Shown here: piece after piece, positions 29,037 through 38,487 of the stretch
How the letters are laid out: each line of letters begins with the position of its first letter
How positions within the stretch are numbered: the stretch's first letter is position 1
Source of the DNA: Eubacteriales bacterium
GTDB lineage: Bacteria; Bacillota; Clostridia; Oscillospirales; CAG-272
Length of the DNA: 40,434 nucleotides
Reading direction: 5' to 3'
Assembly: GCA_045597185.1 (NCBI GenBank)
Contig: JAZODV010000039.1
Location: forward strand, 1 to 40,434
Program-made: the position numbers and the translations under genes
Notes under the pieces: generated by a model
The model's database searches: none
What the model saw: only the letters and a program-made list of their open reading frames with translations
What the model was told of the DNA's origin: nothing

Positions 29037-30086
29037 TTATTTGTTGCTTATTTTGGAAGAAAGTGCTGTTACCGTGAGTTTAACGTTCGCATTTTTTTCG
29101 AGCGCCGCAATGGCCTCCTCAAATATTTCTGTTAGCTTAAACAGAAAGGAGGCGGACTTTAATGACGAAAGCTCTATAGCATTCTCTCTGTCTGCGTAAA
29201 AGCAGAGGGGTGCATCTTCATATTTTTTCAGCACTACAAGATCGCGTATCGCAACGGTTACAAGCTCTAACTGTTTTGACAGCTCATCTCTTTTTGACGA
29301 AAGGGAAGAGACAGAGTCAAAAACCTGAGAATTCGAGCTGTTTGTCAAAATGTTTTTTACAAGATCTTTTACCTCACGTCTAAGCTCAAGTATCGGGGCT
29401 CGCTTTTCCGGGTCGAGCAACTCGTATGCTTTTCCGATACTTCCATCGGACGACGCTATTATTTCATAAAATTCGGTATCCGACGAGCTTTTTATTTTTC
29501 TTGCCTCTGAAGAATACTCTTCCGGGGCAGAATTGCACAAATACTCGGACATAATTTCAGTTGAAACAGATTCTGTTCGTATTATAGGGGCTCTGCTACG
29601 TACCGTTTCAAGCAATGAATCGGATTTTTCGCATATCAATAGAAATACTGCATAGGGAGGGGGCTCCTCAAGCGTAAGGAGCAATGCGTTTTGCGCCTCG
29701 TCTGTCATAATATCTGCCTCATCTATAATATATATCTTATAGTCGAGATCGTTTGGATATATGCAAACATCACTTCGTATAAATCTGGACGAATTAATAC
29801 CGATTGTGGATCTATCAGGCTCTTTTTTTACGGTGATAACATCCGGTGAGATATCCTTCTCAATTTTCATACAGTTAGTACATGTATGACACGGAAGCGG
29901 TATACTGTCTTTGCTTTTGTTTTCACATGCTAATGAAGCTGCGATGGTACGCGCAAGAAGGTGACGACCTGTACCTCGTTTGCCTTCAATAATGTATGCG
30001 TGCAAAAAATGTCCATCAAGTATATCATCGCATATTTTTTTGCGAACGGAAATGTTAGCTGCAATATTATCCATATATGCTTTCAC
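29037..30086 (-). CDS. holB: DNA polymerase III delta' subunit
   Basis: HAYIIEG, C..C..C zinc module, AQNALLLTLEEPP and TVRSR; adjacent to ricT. Confidence 0.88.
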   Translation of the reverse strand: MKAYMDNIAANISVRKKICDDILDGHFLHAYIIEGKRGTGRHLLARTIAASLACENKSKDSIPLPCHTCTNCMKIEKDISPDVITVKKEPDRSTIGINSSRFIRSDVCIYPNDLDYKIYIIDEADIMTDEAQNALLLTLEEPPPYAVFLLICEKSDSLLETVRSRAPIIRTESVSTEIMSEYLCNSAPEEYSSEARKIKSSSDTEFYEIIASSDGSIGKAYELLDPEKRAPILELRREVKDLVKNILTNSSNSQVFDSVSSLSSKRDELSKQLELVTVAIRDLVVLKKYEDAPLCFYADRENAIELSSLKSASFLFKLTEIFEEAIAALEKNANVKLTVTALSSKISNK

Positions 30087-30254
30087 AATTTATCACCGCC
30101 GTTCTTAAATATACTGATTTCGATACCGCATCATATTATAACATAATAATTCAATAATGTCAATGGCAAGAATATATGTAAAAAAAGCAAATGAAATGTT
30201 AACAAACAATTTTTGGATAATTACAATTTTGCTCAAAATCTTTAGCTGGTGCTA

Positions 30255-30283
30255 TTGATTTTTGTGTGGGTATGATGTATAAT
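30255..30283 (+). promoter_or_regulatory. sigmaA-type promoter of the glg operon
   Basis: TTGATT-N17-TATAAT. Confidence 0.6.
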
Positions 30284-30312
30284 AATATATGAGAATAATC
30301 GTGGAGGAATTT

Positions 30313-32190
30313 ATGAGTGAGAATATAAAAAGCACCAATGAATTGGGACATTACTATTTTCATCAGGGTTCAAGCTCTCGGGCATATGAGTATCTTGGTG
30401 TTCATAAGATTTCCGACAAATATGTTTTCCGGGTTTGGGCGCCTAACGCTAACAGCGCATATGTGGTAGGAGATTTCAACAACTGGGATGAAAGCTATCC
30501 CATGACAAAGATCACCGAAAAGGGTGTGTGGGAAGCATACGTTGAAGACGATAAATTCTCTGTTGGGTCTCTTTACAAATTTAAATTTAAAAGAGACGGA
30601 AGAGATATATACAAAGCCGACCCTTACGCGTTTTACTGTCAGCTTCCTCCCGAAACAGCCTCGGTTTATTTCAAAACAGATTATAAATGGAAGGACAGCG
30701 GTTGGCTAAAGCACAGAAAGAACTATATGTCGGAGTGCTATTCAAGACCGCTCAATATATACGAGCTTCATCTTGATTCGTGGAAGAGAGATGAAAACGG
30801 CGAGAGCCTTTCCTACAGAGAAATTGCGGAAAAGCTTGCTCCTTACGTAAAAGAAATGGGATTTACGCATGTAGAGCTTATGCCAATAATGGAGCATCCG
30901 TACGGCGGCTCTTGGGGGTATCAGGTATGCGGATATTACGCACCGAGCTCCAGATGGGGAACACCCGATGATTTTCGCTATTTTGTGGATTATATGCACC
31001 GTTCGGGAATAGGAGTTATTCTCGACTGGGTGCCTGCACATTTTCCCAAAGACGCTCACGGTCTTTACGAATTTGACGGTGGGCTTCTATACGAATATCA
31101 AGGGATCGACCGAATTGAACACGAGGGTTGGGGAACGAGGCGTTTTGACGTTGGAAGAGAAGAGGTGCAATCTTTCCTAATCTCAAACGCAGTATATTGG
31201 CTTCACGAGTTTCATGCTGACGGCCTTCGTGTGGATGCCGTGGCTTCTATGCTTTATCTTGATTATGATAAACGTCCCGGAGAATGGGTGCCGAATGTGT
31301 ACGGAGACAACCGTTGCCTTGAAGCTATTGCGTTTTTCAAAAAACTCAACTCTGCAGTAGCAACCGAATTTCCGGATGTTATGATGATAGCAGAAGAATC
31401 TACAGCTTGGGCAAATATTACCGGGTTTGAGAATAACGGACTAGGATTCACATATAAATGGAATATGGGTTGGATGAACGACACTCTTAATTATGCGGAA
31501 ACCGACCCTTATTTCAGAAGCGGTAATCATTCGAGATTGACTTTTCCGATATGCTATTCTTTCGGTGAAAAATATATACTACCCATATCGCATGACGAAG
31601 TTGTACACGGTAAAAAATCATTTCTTGATAAAATGCCCGGAGAATATGAACAGAAATTTGCAGGAGCAAGGCTTTTTTCGACTTACCGAACTTGTTTTCC
31701 AGGCAAAAAGCTTTCCTTTATGGGAGAGGAGATAGGGCAATTCAGAGAATGGGATTACGAAGGTGAGATAGAATGGTTTTTGTTAAAATATCCGTCCCAT
31801 TCGAATTTTCAAAAGTTTGTTAAGGATATTAATCATTTTTATTTGTCGCATCATGCACTTTATGAGCAGGACGATAGCTTTTACGGCTTTGAGTGGATAT
31901 ATCCCGATCTTAATGATATCAGCGTAACGGCGTTCAAGCGAATCGCAAAAAATAGAGACGAGCTTATTGCAGTCTTTAATTTCACACCTGTGGTAAGACA
32001 AGATTTCGTTATTCCGGTGAGTGATAAGAAATATAAAGAGGTGTTCAATACCGATCTTGACTGTTATGGCGGACAAGGGATAAAAAATTTGGGTGTATTA
32101 TCTTCGGTAACAGACGAAAGCTGCAACAAATATATAAAAGTTACGCTACCGCCTCTCGGCTGCGTGATTTTTGAAAAAGCTAAAAAATAA
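30313..32190 (+). CDS. glgB: 1,4-alpha-glucan branching enzyme
   Basis: FRVWAPNA, SWGYQ, DWVPAHF, RVDAVASM, AEES and SHDEVVHGK. Confidence 0.96.
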   Translation: MSENIKSTNELGHYYFHQGSSSRAYEYLGVHKISDKYVFRVWAPNANSAYVVGDFNNWDESYPMTKITEKGVWEAYVEDDKFSVGSLYKFKFKRDGRDIYKADPYAFYCQLPPETASVYFKTDYKWKDSGWLKHRKNYMSECYSRPLNIYELHLDSWKRDENGESLSYREIAEKLAPYVKEMGFTHVELMPIMEHPYGGSWGYQVCGYYAPSSRWGTPDDFRYFVDYMHRSGIGVILDWVPAHFPKDAHGLYEFDGGLLYEYQGIDRIEHEGWGTRRFDVGREEVQSFLISNAVYWLHEFHADGLRVDAVASMLYLDYDKRPGEWVPNVYGDNRCLEAIAFFKKLNSAVATEFPDVMMIAEESTAWANITGFENNGLGFTYKWNMGWMNDTLNYAETDPYFRSGNHSRLTFPICYSFGEKYILPISHDEVVHGKKSFLDKMPGEYEQKFAGARLFSTYRTCFPGKKLSFMGEEIGQFREWDYEGEIEWFLLKYPSHSNFQKFVKDINHFYLSHHALYEQDDSFYGFEWIYPDLNDISVTAFKRIAKNRDELIAVFNFTPVVRQDFVIPVSDKKYKEVFNTDLDCYGGQGIKNLGVLSSVTDESCNKYIKVTLPPLGCVIFEKAKK

Positions 32191-32217
32191 TAAAAATATT
32201 TTTATATGGAGGCAGAC

Positions 32218-33402
32218 ATGATAAAAAAGAAAGAGTGCGTTGCAATGCTGTTAGCAGGCGGCCAAGGAAGCAGGCTTTATGCATTGACGACAAAAACAGC
32301 GAAACCTGCAGTATCATTTGGAGGAAAGTATAGAATCATTGATTTTACTCTTTCCAACTGCGTAAATTCGGGAATTGATACAGTTGGAGTACTCACTCAG
32401 TACCAGCCCCTTGTTCTTAACGAATACATCGGCAACGGTCTCCCGTGGGATCTTGACCGTACGTATGGCGGTGTAAAGATCTTGCCTCCGTATCAGGGTC
32501 AGGAAAGAGCTGACTGGTATCGTGGAACCGCCAATGCAATATATCAAAATATAGAATTTATAGACAGATACGATCCGGAATACGTTCTGGTGCTTTCGGG
32601 TGACCATATTTACAAAATGGATTATTCTGCTATGCTTGATTATCACAAAGAAAATGGCGCAGACTGCACGATAGCGGTTATAAATGTTCCGCTTTCCGAG
32701 GCAAGTCGTTTTGGTATAATGACTACAGACGACTCGGGAAAAATCACAAAATTCACGGAAAAACCCAAGGAACCCGACAGTACAAAAGCGTCTATGGGTA
32801 TTTATGTTTTCAACAAGAAAAAGCTTTTTGAATATCTCATTGCCGATGAAGCTGATAAGAACTCTTCAAACGATTTTGGAAAAAATATTATTCCCAATAT
32901 GCTTAACGCAGGTGAAAGAATGTATGCATACCCGTTTTCCGGATACTGGAAGGACGTCGGAACCATAGACAGCCTTTGGGAGGCAAACATGGATATGCTC
33001 GGAAAACGTCCCAACCTTAAGCTAAACGACGAAAGCTGGCGTATATTCTCAAGACATTACGCGTCGTCTCCTCAATATGTCGGAGATAGCGCGAGGGTTG
33101 AAAATTCTGTTATTACAGAAGGCTGCGAGATACTGGGAACTGTAAAGAACTGTGTGCTTGGAACAGGTGTTAAGGTTTCATACGGCGCACTTGTAAAGGA
33201 TTCGGTTATTATGGAAAACACCGTTATAAGTGAAGGAGCAACCGTCAATTATTCAATTATTGACAGCGATTGTACTATAGGTGCGGGCGCACGAATCGGA
33301 GAAGACAAGAAAAAATCAGCCGGGATCACGGTTCTCGGACGTGGCTGTAGCGTCGAACCTGGCGGAAATATTGCCGCGGGCGAAATGCTTTCCAAAAACT
33401 AA
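32218..33402 (+). CDS. glgC: Glucose-1-phosphate adenylyltransferase
   Basis: [25 protein letters not shown] and YWKDVGT. Confidence 0.96.
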   Translation: MIKKKECVAMLLAGGQGSRLYALTTKTAKPAVSFGGKYRIIDFTLSNCVNSGIDTVGVLTQYQPLVLNEYIGNGLPWDLDRTYGGVKILPPYQGQERADWYRGTANAIYQNIEFIDRYDPEYVLVLSGDHIYKMDYSAMLDYHKENGADCTIAVINVPLSEASRFGIMTTDDSGKITKFTEKPKEPDSTKASMGIYVFNKKKLFEYLIADEADKNSSNDFGKNIIPNMLNAGERMYAYPFSGYWKDVGTIDSLWEANMDMLGKRPNLKLNDESWRIFSRHYASSPQYVGDSARVENSVITEGCEILGTVKNCVLGTGVKVSYGALVKDSVIMENTVISEGATVNYSIIDSDCTIGAGARIGEDKKKSAGITVLGRGCSVEPGGNIAAGEMLSKN

Positions 33403-33416
33403 AGGAGGAAAATACA

Positions 33417-34550
33417 ATGACTGCAGCAGGATTAATTTTTTCTAATATACACGACGCTTCGATATCCGAGCTTACAAGAATAAGAACAATAGCAAGTGTT
33501 CCGGTCGGTGGAAAATACCGTCTTATAGATTTTGCTCTTTCCAATATGGTAAACTCCGATATAACCAAGGTAGGTATCATTACACACTATAATTACCAAT
33601 CACTTCTTGACCACATAGGAACGGGAAAGGACTGGGACCTTGCGAGACGCTCAGGCGGTATAAAGATACTTCCGCCGTTTATCACAGCGTATGATAGCGA
33701 TGCCGCAAGTAAGCTTTATGTAACAAGACTTGAGGCACTTCTCGGCGTTATGAATTTTATAGGACGCTGTACCGAGGATTATATAGTAATGTCAGACTGT
33801 GACGTTATCGCAAATGTTGATATTTCCGATGTTATCCGTTACCACGAGGCAAACAATGCGGATATAACGCTTGTTGCTAAGAAGATACGTATGTCGGAGC
33901 ATCCGCTTAACAATCATTCGGAAATTCTGTATTCCAACAGCGACGGAGACCTTATCGATGTGGTGGATTATACTCCGCGCGTAGAAGAAGGCGATATAAG
34001 CATGAATATTATGGTATTCAAGCGTATATTCCTCGAAAATGTTTTGCTTGATGCTGCCGCACACGGCTATACCAGCTTCTTTAAGGACATAATTTCAAAA
34101 AATATAGGCTCCGCCAAAATAAAGGTATATCACTTTGATGGATACTATTCGTTAATAGGCTCCCTTGCAAGTTATTTTGAACTTAATATGAAGCTACTTT
34201 CTACGGAAGCAAGAGAAGGTCTTTTCGGTGTCCGTAACCGACCGATACTGACAAAGGTTAGAAACTCGCCGCCTACGAAATACACGTCTGATGCAAAGAT
34301 AAACAATTCACTTATTGCCGACGGTTGCGTTATAGAAGGTCGCGTTGAAAACTCTATACTTTTCCGAGGCGTAAAAATAGGCAAGGGAACGATAGTGAGA
34401 AATTCTATATTGATGCAGGATACTTACGTTGGTTCGGATGCCGCGCTTAACTGTGTGATAGCCGATAAAAACGTCATTATAAAGGATGGAAGAGTGCTAT
34501 CGGGTCACGAGACTATGCCGTTCTTTGTTGGTAAGGGCAAAATGATTTGA
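33417..34550 (+). CDS. glgD: Glucose-1-phosphate adenylyltransferase subunit GlgD
   Basis: GlgC paralog lacking GGxGxRL; GGKYRLIDFALSNM and GKDWDLARR. Confidence 0.93.
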   Translation: MTAAGLIFSNIHDASISELTRIRTIASVPVGGKYRLIDFALSNMVNSDITKVGIITHYNYQSLLDHIGTGKDWDLARRSGGIKILPPFITAYDSDAASKLYVTRLEALLGVMNFIGRCTEDYIVMSDCDVIANVDISDVIRYHEANNADITLVAKKIRMSEHPLNNHSEILYSNSDGDLIDVVDYTPRVEEGDISMNIMVFKRIFLENVLLDAAAHGYTSFFKDIISKNIGSAKIKVYHFDGYYSLIGSLASYFELNMKLLSTEAREGLFGVRNRPILTKVRNSPPTKYTSDAKINNSLIADGCVIEGRVENSILFRGVKIGKGTIVRNSILMQDTYVGSDAALNCVIADKNVIIKDGRVLSGHETMPFFVGKGKMI

Positions 34551-34573
34551 TAAAATTTGAGGTACTGTACTAA

Positions 34574-36013
34574 ATGAAAAAAATATTATTTGTAGGCGCG
34601 GAGGCTATGCCGTTCGCTGCCACCGGGGGCCTTGGAGACGTTCTCGGATCCCTTCCTGCTGCTCTTGCTTCAACAGGCAAAAAGAACGTTGACGTAAGAG
34701 TTATTATGCCGCTTTATTCGGCGATAAAGCCCGAATGGCGTTCACAAATGAAGTGTGAGTTTGTCTTTGAAGTTAAACTTGCATGGCGAAATCAGTATTG
34801 CGCCGTATATTCACTTACAAAGGACAACGTTATTTATTACTTTGTCGATAACGAATATTATTTCAGCCGCAAAGCACTTTACGGAGAATACGACGACGGT
34901 GAACGTTTTGCGTATTTTTGTATGGCTGTTATGGAATTCCTTTGTCGCTCTGAATGGAAGCCCGACGTTCTCCATGCGCACGATTGGCAAGCGGCTCTTT
35001 CTGTCGTCTATCTTAACCGAAAATATCGCGGCGTCGAGGGAATGCAGAATATAAAAACAGCGTTCACAATACACAATATAGAATATCAGGGTAAATATGA
35101 TTTTTCCATACTCGGTGACATATTTTCTCTGGATAACGAAGACCACGGTATTATGGAATACGACGGCTGCATAAATCTGATGAAAGCCGCTATTGAATCA
35201 GCTGACAGAGTGACCACGGTAAGTCCTAGATATTCAAATGAGATACTTGGAGCAGAATATTCGCACGGACTTTCGGGTATTCTTAACACTTATTCCTTTA
35301 AACTCTGCGGAATTCTAAACGGAATCGATTATGATTATTACAACCCAACGACTGATCCGGCTCTCGTGAAGAATTATAACAGACGTTCGGTCAAGTCAGG
35401 TAAGGAAGCAAACAAAAATGATCTTCAGAAAAAAATAGGACTTCCCGAAAGAAACGATGTACCGCTTATATCTGTTATAAGCCGTCTAGCATCTCACAAA
35501 GGGCTTGACCTTATCACTGAAATCGCAGAAAAGCTCCTCGAATCAGATATTCAGATAGTTGTTCTCGGAAAGGGTGAGGAAAAATACGAAGCCTTCTTTA
35601 AAGAGCTTGAACGCCGTTATCCCGACAAAATGAGAGCGCTTATAGAATATGACAGAGACCTTTCGCGTAGAATATATGCGGCAACCGATATATTCCTTAT
35701 GCCGTCAAAGAGCGAGCCTTGCGGTCTGTCTCAGATGATAGCGTCACGTTACGGCGCAATTCCTGTAGTCAGAGAGACGGGAGGACTTTACGACTCGATA
35801 AAAGGATACTGGGAGCATGACGGAGAAATAGAAGGTAACGGATTTACTTTTGCTAACTATAATTCTGCCGAGCTTCTTGAAAGAAGTCTTGCAGCAATAG
35901 CGATTTGGAACGATTGCGACAAACGCAAAAAGCTTGTAAGTAAAATTATGTCTGTCGATTTTTCATGGAACGTGTCAGCCGAAAAATATCTGGCACTCTA
36001 TGAATCAATATGA
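34574..36013 (+). CDS. glgA: Glycogen synthase
   Basis: TGGLGDV, HAHDWQ, TIHNIEYQG and EPCGLSQM. Confidence 0.96.
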   Translation: MKKILFVGAEAMPFAATGGLGDVLGSLPAALASTGKKNVDVRVIMPLYSAIKPEWRSQMKCEFVFEVKLAWRNQYCAVYSLTKDNVIYYFVDNEYYFSRKALYGEYDDGERFAYFCMAVMEFLCRSEWKPDVLHAHDWQAALSVVYLNRKYRGVEGMQNIKTAFTIHNIEYQGKYDFSILGDIFSLDNEDHGIMEYDGCINLMKAAIESADRVTTVSPRYSNEILGAEYSHGLSGILNTYSFKLCGILNGIDYDYYNPTTDPALVKNYNRRSVKSGKEANKNDLQKKIGLPERNDVPLISVISRLASHKGLDLITEIAEKLLESDIQIVVLGKGEEKYEAFFKELERRYPDKMRALIEYDRDLSRRIYAATDIFLMPSKSEPCGLSQMIASRYGAIPVVRETGGLYDSIKGYWEHDGEIEGNGFTFANYNSAELLERSLAAIAIWNDCDKRKKLVSKIMSVDFSWNVSAEKYLALYESI

Positions 36014-38487
36014 AATACAATATATTATTCAAAGGATACACAAAACTGATGAACTACAACCCCAACATCAAGGAAATCAAAGAAAACATCTCAATTAAGC
36101 TTTCTCGTTCGCTCGGTTGTACCGCAGAGGATGCAACAAAAGAACAAATCTATAAAGCAACCGCAATGACTATACGCGATCTTCTCAGTGAAAAGAGAGT
36201 TGATTTCAGAAATGAAGTCAACAAAAAAGAGGGCAAGAGAATCTACTATATGTGTATGGAATTCTTGCTTGGACGTTCTCTCAAGACCAACCTCGGAAAC
36301 CTCGGACTTACCGAAAAATACAGAACAGCTCTCTCTGAGCTTGGATTTGAGCTTGAGGATCTGTTTGAGTGTGAGCCCGACGCAGGTCTTGGAAACGGCG
36401 GCCTTGGACGTCTTGCTGCTTGCTATATGGACTCGCTCGCGTCTTTGGACTATCCCGCAATAGGCTTTTCAATTTGCTATGAGTACGGACTTTTCAAGCA
36501 GAAAATAGTTGACGGTATACAGGTAGAATTGCCCGACATCTGGCTTCCCGGAGGCGAGGTATGGCTCGTCCCGAGAACAGACCGTACCTTCAACGTACGC
36601 TTTGGCGGACAGATAAAGGAAAATTGGACATCCGACGGTCATTGCGAGATAATGTATGAAAATGAAGAAGTTATAGAAGCCGTTCCGTACGATATGATGA
36701 TATCCGGAGCCGACAGCTCTGCTGTCGGTCAGCTCAGACTTTGGCGAGCGAGAGATATAAAGAACTTTAATATGGGACTTTTCACACAAGGTCAATATGC
36801 AAAGGCTCTTGAGGAAAGCACAAACGCAGAGGTAATCTCAAAGGTTCTTTATCCATCCGACAATCATTATGAAGGAAAGCTTTTGAGGCTTACACAGCAA
36901 TATTTCTTGGTGTCGGCTTCTGTTCAAAATATTATAAGAGACCACCTTGCCGTATACGGTACACTTGAAAATCTTCCCGAAAAGGTTTCAATACACATCA
37001 ATGATACGCACCCCGCGATGTGTATTCCCGAGCTTATGAGAATACTCATCGACGAGCATTACTTCGATTGGGATAAGGCGTGGAGCTTCGTGACAAGAAT
37101 CATGTCTTATACAAACCATACGGTTATGCCCGAAGCACTTGAGACCTGGAACGAGGATATATTTAGACTTAAGCTTCCAAGAATTTATATGATAATCAAG
37201 GAGATCAACGAACGCTTCTGCAAGGAAGCGTGGGAAGCATTCCCCGGAAACTGGAATCGCATTTCTCAAATGGCGGTCCTCGGTTACGGTCAGGTACGAA
37301 TGGCGAACCTTTCGGTTATCGGCTCTCATACTGTAAACGGAGTATCAAAGCTTCATTCTCAGATCCTGAAGGATACCGTTTTTAAGGATTTCTACAAGAT
37401 GACACCCGATAAATTTATAAACGTCACAAACGGTATTGCTCACAGACGTTGGCTCTGTTATTCAAATCCCGAGCTTGCGGGACTTCTTGACGAAACAATC
37501 GGTACAGGATACAGAAAAGACCCCGAACAGCTCTCAGAATTTGAAAAATATGCAGATGACACCGCTGTTCTCGAGAGGCTTCGCGCAATAAAGCACCACA
37601 ACAAGGAAAACTTTGCAAAGTTGCTTTATAACAAAACAGGAATTTCTCTTGACGCTCATTCTATCTTTGACGTTCAGATAAAGAGACTTCACGAGTATAA
37701 GCGACAGCTCCTTAACGCACTTAATATTATAGGAACCTATCTCGACCTTAAGGAAAATCCCGATCTTGATATTTATCCGCAGACATATTTGTTTGGTGCA
37801 AAGGCGGCGTCGGGTTATCACCTTGCAAAAGAGATAATCAAGCTTATATGCTATATTCAGAAGGATATTGAAGCGAATCCGAAGATACGCGAAAAGCTGC
37901 GTGTCGTATTCCTTGAGGATTATAACGTAAGTATGGCTGAAGTACTCATTCCGTCTGCTGAAATATCCGAGCAGATATCTCTTGCAGGTAAGGAAGCCAG
38001 CGGAACTGGATGTATGAAGCTTATGATGAACGGCGCGCTTACTATCGGCACCTTTGACGGTGCAAACACAGAAATGCTTGCCGCCGCGGGTAACGACAAT
38101 ATGTATATATTCGGTCTCTCCTGCGCTGAGGTTGAGGATCTTTGGTTCCAAGGATACAATTCTGCTGCATACTGCGTAAGGAACGAAAGACTTTCCAAGA
38201 TAGTAAACTATCTCAACACAGGATTTGCAGGACAGTCATTTGCAGGTATCGCAAACTATCTTATAGCGGGTCAGGGCGTTGCAGACCCATATATGTGTCT
38301 TGCTGATTTCGAATCTTATCATATAACACACAACCGTATGATAGAGGACTACCGCGACAGAAACGCATGGATGCGTAAATCGCTTATCAATATTGCGTCG
38401 TCGGGTTTCTTTGCCGCAGACCGCAGTATAAAAGAATACGCAGACAAAATCTGGCATCTTAATCAGATATCGAATGTTAAGCAATGA
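36010..38487 (+). CDS. glgP: Glycogen phosphorylase
   Basis: GLGNGGLGRLAAC, NDTHP, KRLHEYKRQ and EASGTGCMK; start may be 36049. Confidence 0.96.
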   Translation: MKYNILFKGYTKLMNYNPNIKEIKENISIKLSRSLGCTAEDATKEQIYKATAMTIRDLLSEKRVDFRNEVNKKEGKRIYYMCMEFLLGRSLKTNLGNLGLTEKYRTALSELGFELEDLFECEPDAGLGNGGLGRLAACYMDSLASLDYPAIGFSICYEYGLFKQKIVDGIQVELPDIWLPGGEVWLVPRTDRTFNVRFGGQIKENWTSDGHCEIMYENEEVIEAVPYDMMISGADSSAVGQLRLWRARDIKNFNMGLFTQGQYAKALEESTNAEVISKVLYPSDNHYEGKLLRLTQQYFLVSASVQNIIRDHLAVYGTLENLPEKVSIHINDTHPAMCIPELMRILIDEHYFDWDKAWSFVTRIMSYTNHTVMPEALETWNEDIFRLKLPRIYMIIKEINERFCKEAWEAFPGNWNRISQMAVLGYGQVRMANLSVIGSHTVNGVSKLHSQILKDTVFKDFYKMTPDKFINVTNGIAHRRWLCYSNPELAGLLDETIGTGYRKDPEQLSEFEKYADDTAVLERLRAIKHHNKENFAKLLYNKTGISLDAHSIFDVQIKRLHEYKRQLLNALNIIGTYLDLKENPDLDIYPQTYLFGAKAASGYHLAKEIIKLICYIQKDIEANPKIREKLRVVFLEDYNVSMAEVLIPSAEISEQISLAGKEASGTGCMKLMMNGALTIGTFDGANTEMLAAAGNDNMYIFGLSCAEVEDLWFQGYNSAAYCVRNERLSKIVNYLNTGFAGQSFAGIANYLIAGQGVADPYMCLADFESYHITHNRMIEDYRDRNAWMRKSLINIASSGFFAADRSIKEYADKIWHLNQISNVKQ

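Noticed and set aside
30190-30210. cre- or Rex-like site TGAAATGTTAACA upstream of glgB
   Set aside because: Length and central bases do not fit either consensus well, and the context is AT-rich
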